This document shows, piece by piece, positions 57,547 through 64,000 of a stretch of DNA of 64,000 nt (position 1 is the stretch's first letter; each line of letters begins with the position of its first letter). Made by a program: the position numbers and the translations under genes. The DNA is from Candidatus Omnitrophota bacterium (GTDB taxonomy: Bacteria > Omnitrophota > Gorgyraeia > Gygaellales > Profunditerraquicolaceae). The notes beneath the pieces are model-generated. The model was not told the origin of the DNA. It saw nothing but the letters and a program-made list of their open reading frames with translations, and made no database searches. Location of the stretch: NCBI GenBank assembly GCA_041661605.1, contig JBAZUE010000004.1, forward strand, positions 7,217-71,216. Direction: 5' to 3'.

Positions 57547-57756
57547 CAGAGCGGCGCAGGTCAGGGGGGCCTTGCTACAGAGCGGCGCAGGTCAGGGGGG
57601 CCTTGCTACAGAGCGGCGCAGGTCAGGGGGGCCTTGCTACAGAGCGGCGCAGGTCAGGGGGGCCGGTCCCGCGCAATTCTCGCGTGAACGGGCGCGCTGC
57701 GCGCGCCGTCTATGCGCTCCAGTATTCGCGGGACCGGCCCCCCTGACCTGCGCCGC
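57547..57756. repeat. 31-nt unit x4 (CAGAGCGGCGCAGGTCAGGGGGGCCTTGCTA) leading into an A-type nested hairpin (copy A3)
   Basis: Units at 57547, 57578, 57609 and 57640. The fourth diverges into the arm GGCGCAGGTCAGGGGGGCCGGTCCCGCG, mirrored exactly at 57727-57754. Confidence 0.9.
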
Positions 57757-57954
57757 GCATCTGTTTGGGCCGCGCTTGTGCCCGCGGCGCGCATCTGCCC
57801 GGGCCGCACATCTGCCCGCGTCGCACCGCCGCCCGCGCCGTTGCGCCGGTCGGGCGAAAGACCGCGATGCGGCGAGCGGCGTTTCGATGATGGTGGCTCG
57901 CACGCGCGGCGCCATGCTGCAGCACGCAATGCGCCTCTTTCTCTTCCTGCTACT

Positions 57955-57970
57955 CCGTAGTATACTACGG
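57955..57970. promoter_or_regulatory. Perfect 16-nt palindrome CCGTAGTATACTACGG containing a TATACT -10-like hexamer
   Basis: Read directly upstream of the truncated toxin/antitoxin pair. Confidence 0.45.
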
Positions 57971-58006
57971 TGTAGCATATTATGACTCGCGCGCCGGGAA
58001 GCTGCA

Positions 58007-58168
58007 GTGAACCCGGCGTTCGTGGAATCGACCAGCCACGCGGAAGTCATCTACCTGCTCAGTGTGTACCGCAAGTCGGAACAGAGCGCCCTGTCCGCCG
58101 ACGACAAGCGGTTCCTGCGGCAACTCGTGGCAATTCTGAAGAGAGCGCCGAACCATGCGTCGAGATAG
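58007..58168 (+). pseudogene. Truncated HigB-2-like toxin (C-terminal ~50 aa only)
   Basis: VNPAFVESTSHAEVIYLLSVYRKSEQSALSADDKRFLRQLVAIL corresponds only to the C-terminal third of toxins such as 48208..48513. A stop lies in frame just upstream. Confidence 0.5.
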
Positions 58169-58475
58169 GTTCGCGGAATTGGTGCAGTCCCTGCGCGAAG
58201 CCATCGATCATTCGCAGGGGCTTCGCAGCCTGCGCACGACTGTGCTTCCAGCTCCACCCCGGCAGATGACCGCTGCGGACGTGCGGCGTCTGCGGCGGGG
58301 ACTCCGCGCGTCGCAGGCCGTCTTTGCCAGCTTCCTGAACGTCAGCCCCCGCCTGGTCCAGGCGTGGGAGGGAGCACGCCGCACGCCGGATGGCCCCGCC
58401 CTGAGGCTGATGGAGCTCGGACTGTCGCATCCCGCTGCGGTCTTTCCTGGCCTCGTTTCGGCGCGGAAGCGGTAG
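58155..58475 (+). CDS. XRE-family HTH antitoxin (HigA-2-like)
   Basis: 106 aa. RRLRRGLRASQAVFASFLNVSPRLVQAWEGARRTPDGPALRLMEL; paralogous to 47821..48204. Confidence 0.7.
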   Translation: MRRDRFAELVQSLREAIDHSQGLRSLRTTVLPAPPRQMTAADVRRLRRGLRASQAVFASFLNVSPRLVQAWEGARRTPDGPALRLMELGLSHPAAVFPGLVSARKR

Positions 58476-58526
58476 GCTTGCCGGAGCGGCGCGCCTGACC
58501 GCGCCGCGCTTCTGAGCGCGCCGAGC

Positions 58527-58940
58527 CTACCGCTTCCGCGCGCGCGGCTTCACGCAGTTCGTGCGCAGGAACGCAGCGAAGTCCGGTTCCTTCATCGCGC
58601 CCGGGGCCACCTCGAGCATCGTGAGCACCGCATCCGCTTCACTGGCGCCGAACTTGGCGCCGTTCGTCTCGAGGAAGGTGATGGCGCAGACGAATGCGAT
58701 GCGCTTGTTCCCGTCAATGAACGGATGGTTGCGCGCGAGGCCGGCGCCGAGTGCCGCCGCCAGGTCAAACAAGTCAGCCGATTCGTCGTACGCCCAGCGC
58801 TGCGGAGCGCGCGCGATGGCGCTCTCGAGCAGTCCGGCGTCTCGAAGGCCAGCCGATCCACCCGACTGCCGTGCGATCATCTCGTGAATGGCCTCGACCG
58901 TCCGTCGGTCGAGCCAGCGCGGTTCGTGACGCGCGGTCAT
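58527..58940 (-). CDS. doc: Fic/Doc-family toxin (death-on-curing)
   Basis: 137 aa with the HPFIDGNKR Fic motif. Confidence 0.9.
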   Translation of the reverse strand: MTARHEPRWLDRRTVEAIHEMIARQSGGSAGLRDAGLLESAIARAPQRWAYDESADLFDLAAALGAGLARNHPFIDGNKRIAFVCAITFLETNGAKFGASEADAVLTMLEVAPGAMKEPDFAAFLRTNCVKPRARKR

Positions 58941-59170
58941 TACTTGGCGAGCTCGGCCAGCGTGTTGCGATAGCGGCGCATGACACTGGCGGCCGCGTCA
59001 AGCGAACGCTCGAACTCCGGGTCTGCCACGCGCACCTCGATGCCGTCGGTGCGCTCGACGAGATACACCGCGTCGCCCTCGCGCACTTGTAGCCGGTCGA
59101 GCATCGCCTTGGGGATGGTGACACCACACGAGTTGCCGATGGCGCGGATCTTGGTCTTCTTCATGCGCAT
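58940..59170 (-). CDS. AbrB/MazE-fold antitoxin partnered with Doc
   Basis: 76 aa. KIRAIGNSCGVTIPKAMLDRLQVREGDAVYLVERTDG SpoVT/AbrB motif; 1-nt overlap with doc. Confidence 0.8.
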   Translation of the reverse strand: MRMKKTKIRAIGNSCGVTIPKAMLDRLQVREGDAVYLVERTDGIEVRVADPEFERSLDAAASVMRRYRNTLAELAK

Positions 59171-59183
59171 CCTCCGTTATCAC

Positions 59184-59199
59184 GAATGTTATAACATTC
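59184..59199. promoter_or_regulatory. Perfect 16-nt palindrome GAATGTTATAACATTC, candidate operator of the antitoxin-doc operon
   Basis: Read directly, 14 nt upstream of the antitoxin start. Confidence 0.5.
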
Positions 59200-59241
59200 A
59201 CGCTCACTGCGCAAACTTCGCTGCGCGTGGCCGCTTGGGGA

Positions 59242-59800
59242 CTGTGCGGGTGGACGCTGTGCGGGTGGACGCTGTGTGGGGACCCGCCCGCGCTCAATTC
59301 TCGGGCCTGACTGGCGCGCTGCGCGCGCCGTCTATTGGGCCCTCCAGTATTCGCGCAGGCGGGTCCCCACGCATCGTCCACGGCCGGCTTCGCGCTGGCG
59401 TCTCCACGCAGCGGCCACGGCTGGGTTCGCGCTGGCGTCTCCGCGCTACGGCCACGGCCGCATTCGCGCGGATGGCTGCCATGCTTCGATCACGCGCGGA
59501 CTCGCGCCAGCGAGTCGCCGCGCCGCGTCCGCACCCCAAGACGGCCGTGGCCGCAGAGCGAGAACCCGTCACAGCGAATACTGGAGGGCCCAATAGAGGC
59601 GCGCGAAGCGCGCCAGTCAGGCCCGAGAATTGAGCGAAGACGGGTTCTCGCTCTGCGGCCACGCGCACAAAACCCGCCAGTCAGGCCCGAGAATTGAGCG
59701 AAGACGGGTTGCCGCTTTGCGGCCACGCGCACAAAACCCGCCAGTCAGGCCCGAGAATTGAGCGAAGACGGGTTGCCGCTTTGCGGCCACGCGCACGAAA
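59242..59800. repeat. Complex repeat block with two A-type cores in opposite orientation (A4 at 59278-59368, A5 at 59543-59666). Also contains a 15-nt x2, a ~37-nt x2-3 and a 64-nt x3 tandem repeat
   Basis: Read directly. The 64-nt period is set by CCAGTCAGG at 59613, 59677 and 59741. Confidence 0.9.
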
Positions 59801-59805
59801 CGCGC

Positions 59806-60519
59806 TTAGTGGGGCAGGAGGAGAGTCAACAGCGAGTACGCCGCGCACCCCGCGAAGAAGAACGCGTTGTGATGCCATCCCCGCTTCCCCTGGAACTCAG
59901 GAATGAGATTCGAGGCACCGACGTAGAGCGTCACGCCTGCGGAAAGCGCGAGTCCGTGCGTCGCCAACGTGCCCCACAGCCCCGGCGCGAGCGCGCCCAG
60001 CACCGTGGCCACGCCGAGCGCGGTGGCGGCCAGCATCGCGGCGCGCCGCGTGCCGCCCGCGGCGAGGAAGAGTGACGAGATCGCGAACCCTTCCGGCAGC
60101 TTGTGCAGGACGATCGCCACGAAGACCAACAGACCCAGATGCTGATCAACTGCAAACGACGTCGCGATGGCGACACCATCGACAAACGTGTGCAGCGTGA
60201 GTCCGATCAGTGCCGACACACCCACCGAGTGCTCCACCTGGTGCGTTTCGGCGCCGAAATGGAAATGGCGCACGAACACGTGCTGCGTGAGGTGCACCAG
60301 CACAAAACCGAGCAGGATCACCCAACTCGCTTGCGCGCCGCCGGTGGTGATGGCCTCGGGGACGAGATCGCCGAGCGAAACCGCGATGAGGAATCCCGCC
60401 GAAAACGCCAGCACGAACTCGAGCGAGCGCGCGCTCCACTCGCGGCGGCTCAGCACGGCGGCCGCGCCGGCCACGTTGGCCAGCGCCGCCACAATCGTCA
60501 GGAGGATGGTCAGGGACAC
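59806..60519 (-). CDS. ZIP-family divalent metal transporter
   Basis: 237 aa with 8 hydrophobic segments and the HKLPEGFAI motif. Confidence 0.85.
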   Translation of the reverse strand: MSLTILLTIVAALANVAGAAAVLSRREWSARSLEFVLAFSAGFLIAVSLGDLVPEAITTGGAQASWVILLGFVLVHLTQHVFVRHFHFGAETHQVEHSVGVSALIGLTLHTFVDGVAIATSFAVDQHLGLLVFVAIVLHKLPEGFAISSLFLAAGGTRRAAMLAATALGVATVLGALAPGLWGTLATHGLALSAGVTLYVGASNLIPEFQGKRGWHHNAFFFAGCAAYSLLTLLLPH

Positions 60520-60522
60520 GCT

Positions 60523-61053
60523 TTACAGTAACCTGAGCGTCAAGCGCTCCGCCGTCTTTTCCACCGCCGCCACCATCTCGGGCGCCCCGGTGAACTCGTC
60601 GCGCCCCACCGTCCACCCGCGCGGCGGCACCTCGTCCACCTGCTCCAGCCCCTCCCCAACCAGCAGGTAGATCCACCGGTCCGTGCGGCTGTAGATCCAT
60701 AGGTCGAGCATCGGGCTCAGCACGAGCTGGTCTTCCGCCGTGTATACGGCCAGTTCCACGCCGCCGCTCTGTACCAATGCCACCTTCAGCCGCCCAATGG
60801 ACTCGCGCACCTCGGGAAGACTCAGCCCCTCGCCCACGTACCGCCGCTTGCTGCGCAAGCAGTCAATGGCGCAGTCCACCACCGGCGGCAGATGCTCGGT
60901 GAGTTCGTGCATCAGCACCACGCTGCGTTCCATCCCCGCCCCGACGCGCACGGCGTACAGGCCGTCGCGCATCTCGATGGAGAAGACGGCCTCACCCGAG
61001 CGGAATCGCTCGGCGACGCGTGTGGCGGGCGTGCGGTGGCGGAAGAGACTCAC
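60523..61053 (-). CDS. Hypothetical protein
   Basis: 176-aa ORF tightly packed between the nucleotidyltransferase (4-nt overlap) and the ZIP gene. No family recognised. Confidence 0.4.
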   Translation of the reverse strand: MSLFRHRTPATRVAERFRSGEAVFSIEMRDGLYAVRVGAGMERSVVLMHELTEHLPPVVDCAIDCLRSKRRYVGEGLSLPEVRESIGRLKVALVQSGGVELAVYTAEDQLVLSPMLDLWIYSRTDRWIYLLVGEGLEQVDEVPPRGWTVGRDEFTGAPEMVAAVEKTAERLTLRLL

Positions 61054-62477
61054 TGCTGGCTACTCGTCTTCTGCGCAGCGCCTTCGCCGCCGATTTCACG
61101 CTCCGCACGCGCAATTCGCAGCAACGCGTCGCGCGTGTTGAGCGCAGGATTCTCGATGACCGCCTCGAGCAGACGCTTGAGCGTCGTACCGAGCTGAGGG
61201 CCCTTGGGAATGCCGGCCGAGGCGAGGTCTTCGCCGTCCACCTGGAGGTCGCCGATCTCGATCGCGTCCCGGTAGGCGATTCGCAGCAGGCGCCGGTAGA
61301 CGCTGGCTGACATCTTTGCGCTGGGCGCCGACTTGCGCGAGCCGTTCGGTGCGCGGGGCGCCGACTTGCGCGAGCCCTCCTCTAGCGAGGAGGGCTCGCC
61401 GTCGGCGCCCTCACCATTGGTGTGGGCGACTTCCTGCGCCCGCCGCGCATGGTAGAGGGCAGCGGTCAGGCGCCACCAGCTTGCTGACGCGGTACGCCCC
61501 ACCGCGGCCGCCCACCGGCGCAACTCGGCGTCGGATGGCCCGCCATCACGCAGCATCGCGGCGTCCACGGCGTCGCCCAGGCGCGCGCGCGCCTCGGCGA
61601 GTCGGCTCACCCACGCGACATCGTGGTTCGAGAAGCGCAGGTCCTTCAGCGTGCCTTCGGCGGCGCGTTTGTCATCGCCGAAGAAGAGCATCGCGAGGCG
61701 CAGCAGCTTGCGCTCGCCGGCGCGCTTTCCCTTGGGCAGCGACAGATGGTCGAGCGCGGCAAAACGTTCGGCGGGCGCGTCGTGCAGCGGCCCGACAAGC
61801 ACGCGCAATGCGCCGGCGTCGCGCCAATTCGCGAAGGCGGCGCTCGGGCGCGTCACCTGCTCCATCGTCTTCTCGATCTCCTGCTTCACGCGCTCGGCGC
61901 TGAGGCGCGTGAGGTGCGGGGCCGAGTTGCAGATGGCCTTCCAGGTGGACGGGTCGATGGTGAAGTCGAAGCGCGCGGCGAAGCGCAGGGCGCGGAGCGC
62001 GCGCAGGCGATCCTCCTTCATGCGCTGTTCGGCGTCGCCGACGCAGCGCACGAGTTTGGCGCGCAAGTCCTTGCGTCCGAAGAAGGGGTCGAGGAGTTCG
62101 CCCGTGTGCGGATTGTAGGCGATGGCGTTGATGGTGAAGTCGCGACGTGCGAGATCCTCCTCGAGCGAGGCACCGAACTGCACCTCGGCGTGGCGACCGT
62201 CTGTCTTCACGTCGTGCCGAAACGTGGTGACTTCATGAAGACGCCCGTTGGCGTCGAGCACGCCCACCGTGCCGAAGGCGATGCCGACGGGGACGGTGCG
62301 CTTGAAGGTGCGCATCACCTCGGGGGGCGTGGCGCTGGTGGCGAGATCCCAGTCGAGGTGGGCGTGGCCCAGCAAGGCATCGCGTACGGCTCCGCCCACG
62401 CACCAAGCTTCGAAACCGGCGCGCCTGAGGCGGGCGGCGATTTCGAGGACTTCGGGGGGTGGATGGAGGCGCGACAT
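61050..62477 (-). CDS. CCA-adding tRNA nucleotidyltransferase / poly(A) polymerase family protein
   Basis: 475 aa. CVGGAVRDALLG...DWDLAT...RDFTINAIAY head-domain motifs. Confidence 0.85.
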   Translation of the reverse strand: MSRLHPPPEVLEIAARLRRAGFEAWCVGGAVRDALLGHAHLDWDLATSATPPEVMRTFKRTVPVGIAFGTVGVLDANGRLHEVTTFRHDVKTDGRHAEVQFGASLEEDLARRDFTINAIAYNPHTGELLDPFFGRKDLRAKLVRCVGDAEQRMKEDRLRALRALRFAARFDFTIDPSTWKAICNSAPHLTRLSAERVKQEIEKTMEQVTRPSAAFANWRDAGALRVLVGPLHDAPAERFAALDHLSLPKGKRAGERKLLRLAMLFFGDDKRAAEGTLKDLRFSNHDVAWVSRLAEARARLGDAVDAAMLRDGGPSDAELRRWAAAVGRTASASWWRLTAALYHARRAQEVAHTNGEGADGEPSSLEEGSRKSAPRAPNGSRKSAPSAKMSASVYRRLLRIAYRDAIEIGDLQVDGEDLASAGIPKGPQLGTTLKRLLEAVIENPALNTRDALLRIARAEREIGGEGAAQKTSSQQ

Positions 62478-62485
62478 GTTTCTCT

Positions 62486-62557
62486 GGGAGGGGGAGGGGT
62501 GCAGGGGCTTGGTGAAGAGGGAGGAGTGGAGGGAGGGGTGAGGGGGGACGAGGGGGA
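62486..62557 (+). other. G-tract-rich segment (at least eight runs of GGG or longer in ~72 nt)
   Basis: GGGAGGGGGAGGGGTGCAGGGG...GGAGGGAGGGGTGAGGGGGGACGAGGGGG, read directly just upstream of the nucleotidyltransferase start on the opposite strand. Confidence 0.8.
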
Positions 62558-62579
62558 AACTACCTATTTCGGGGTGCGG

Positions 62580-62858
62580 ATGGGGGATGGATTGGTGCCA
62601 AATGCGGAGAAACGGTGCCGGTGCGCACGCGCGGTGTCATCAGATTGGCTTTTCATCACCTGCCGTCGGTTTCCGACCACACTCTCCCTGAGACTTTCCG
62701 CGCCTCGCAAACGCTCCTGGGCAAACATCAGCCAGATTCGCACTCTGGCCGCCGAACGCATCGGCCGGCGCATCGGCCGAGTCGGCGCAGAAGAGATGGC
62801 GCATGTCGTGGAGCGGTTAATGGAGATTGTGGAGCAGGGTCCGACTAATCACGCTTGA
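62580..62858 (+). pseudogene. MazF/PemK-like toxin, short and probably degraded, no antitoxin gene
   Basis: The C-terminal ANISQIRTLAAERIGRRIGRVGAEEMAHVVERLMEIV matches the MazF C-terminus. The N-terminal half is short and poorly conserved. Confidence 0.45.
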
Positions 62859-62888
62859 CGTTATTAACGCGCTGCGTTACTATCTTCG

Positions 62889-63167
62889 ATGATTGTCTCG
62901 TTCCGTGACCGTGACACCGAGGCGCTGGCTCGTGGACTCCCCGTGGCGCGGTTCGTCGGCATCGCGGCAGTCGCGCGAAGGAAGCTCCGTCAGTTGGAGA
63001 TCGCCAGTGCGCTGTCGGACCTTCTCGTGCCGCCGGGCAACCGTCTCGAGCCGCTGCGCGGTGATCGTGCTGGCCAGCACAGCATTCGCGTGAACGACAA
63101 GTACCGCGTCTGCTTCCGGTGGACGGCGGCTGGTGCGGCGGATGTTGAGATCGTGGATTATCACTGA
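62889..63167 (+). CDS. higB: HigB toxin (plasmid-maintenance killer protein family)
   Basis: 92 aa. IVSFRDRDTEAL...LEPLRGDRAGQHSIRVNDKYRVCFRW pattern. Confidence 0.85.
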   Translation: MIVSFRDRDTEALARGLPVARFVGIAAVARRKLRQLEIASALSDLLVPPGNRLEPLRGDRAGQHSIRVNDKYRVCFRWTAAGAADVEIVDYH

Positions 63168-63182
63168 GGACGCCACAAGACC

Positions 63183-63482
63183 ATGCGACGACTCAAGCCG
63201 GTGACCCCGGGGGAACTGCTGGAACACGAGTTCCTCGTCCCGCTCAGTCTCACGAAGTACCGCGTCGCGAAGGAAATCGGCGTGCCCGCGCAGCGTATCG
63301 GCGAGATCGTTGCGGGGCGGCGCTCAATCACCGCCGACACGGACCTCAGACTGTGCCGGTTTTTCGGCCTGTCGAAGGGCTACTGGCTACGCGCGCAAGC
63401 CGCATTTGATACCGAGGTCGCGGAACGGGAACTCGCGACGACCTTGAAGCGCATCAAGCCCTGGATCGGAAGCGCCGCCTGA
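63183..63482 (+). CDS. higA: HigA antitoxin (XRE HTH, VapI-like)
   Basis: 99 aa. PGELLEHEFLVPLSLTKYRVAKEIGVPAQRIGEIVAGRRSITADTDLRLCRFFG. Confidence 0.85.
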   Translation: MRRLKPVTPGELLEHEFLVPLSLTKYRVAKEIGVPAQRIGEIVAGRRSITADTDLRLCRFFGLSKGYWLRAQAAFDTEVAERELATTLKRIKPWIGSAA

Positions 63483-63485
63483 CTG

Positions 63486-64000
63486 CTAGTCGCCCGCGAG
63501 GCCCACGACCTTCTCGGCAATCTCCTCACCAATCGCCAGGCAGGCCGTCGCCGCCGGGCTCGGCGCGTTGAGCACGTGCAACGCACCCGGGCGTTCGAGG
63601 AAGTCGAAGTCGTCCACGAACGAGCCGTCGGGCTTCATCGCCTGAGCGCGCACGCCGACCGGACCGGGGAGCAAGTCGTCACCCGTCACTTCGGGCACGA
63701 GCCGCTGCAGTGACTGCACGAAGACGGTCTTGCTCAGCGAGCGTCGCAGCTCGTACACCGTCATCCCCGCGTACTTCGCCATGAAACGCCAGAGGCCGGG
63801 AAACGAGAGCGCCGACGCGGCGTCCTCCACGCGAAAGGCCCAGCGCTTGTAGCCCTCGCGGTCGAGTGCGAGCACGGCATTGGGGCCGCACTCCACCCCG
63901 CCCCGCGCGAGGCGTGTGAAGTGCACGCCGAGGAACGGGAAGGCCGGGTCGGGGACAGGATAGATGAGTCCCTTCACCAGATGCTGGCGCTCGGCGGTGA
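63486..64000 (-). CDS. lhgO: L-2-hydroxyglutarate oxidase-like FAD oxidoreductase, C-terminal part (gene continues beyond the window)
   Basis: GLIYPVPDPAFPFLGVHFTR...GALHVLNAPSPAATACLAIGEEI matches the LhgO C-terminus. The ORF is open at the window edge. Confidence 0.75.
   Translation of the reverse strand, partial: TAERQHLVKGLIYPVPDPAFPFLGVHFTRLARGGVECGPNAVLALDREGYKRWAFRVEDAASALSFPGLWRFMAKYAGMTVYELRRSLSKTVFVQSLQRLVPEVTGDDLLPGPVGVRAQAMKPDGSFVDDFDFLERPGALHVLNAPSPAATACLAIGEEIAEKVVGLAGD

Noticed and set aside
43019-59800. CRISPR array interpretation of the tandem ~31-39-nt units (a-units, B right arms, 31-nt x4 at 57.5 kb)
   Set aside because: The units abut one another or are separated by conserved rather than unique sequence. 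Copy numbers are only 2-4. The units are arms of long inverted repeats. No cas genes or leader are present in the window.
61623-62858. 411-aa plus-strand ORF 61623..62858
   Set aside because: Most of it is antisense to the well-supported nucleotidyltransferase gene. Only its last 92 codons (62580-62858), downstream of that gene, resemble a real MazF-like protein.

Overview
High-G+C bacterial chromosomal window in three parts; the taxon cannot be determined from the sequence alone. (1) 1-5.9 kb holds small nuclease and toxin-antitoxin-like modules (Uma2, orphan BrnA, DUF2283, DUF4160-DUF2442, MNT-HEPN), a long acyl-CoA dehydrogenase and tRNA-Val(CAC). (2) 5.9-43.0 kb is a ~37-kb surface-polysaccharide locus, almost all on the minus strand. 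It is headed by a NusG paralogue and an EPS-type MarR regulator. It encodes a Wza-like exporter, a Wzz-like co-polymerase, a Wzx flippase, two Wzy-candidate membrane proteins, four GT4 glycosyltransferases and a PglC-type initiating transferase. It also carries fnlABC (UDP-L-FucNAc), WbuXYZ-like acetamidino genes, three DegT aminotransferases, AsnB and a CapD/PglF dehydratase. The locus looks mosaic and partly decayed: a lower-GC core, an IstB pseudogene, wzx and wzy-like remnants, a frameshifted acetyltransferase, an amidotransferase split by an in-frame TGA, and a GT without a canonical start. (3) 43-64 kb holds eight intact two-gene TA modules plus a truncated module and an orphan MazF-like remnant. 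They are interleaved with a DUF3800 gene, a second CapD paralogue and housekeeping genes (hflX, rarA, ZIP transporter, CCA-type nucleotidyltransferase, lhgO). The main hunting result is a family of nested-hairpin mosaic repeats: 15 core copies, 14 of them between 43.0 and 59.8 kb. They share a conserved ~60-nt core, with outer arms that differ between copies and helices that co-vary. They delimit nearly every TA or gene cassette in an ordered composite (tandem a-units, optional A hairpin, B hairpin, motif C). I do not recognise the family. It is not CRISPR and lacks integron attC and intI signatures. All calls rest on reading the sequence and recalled family signatures; no database search was possible.
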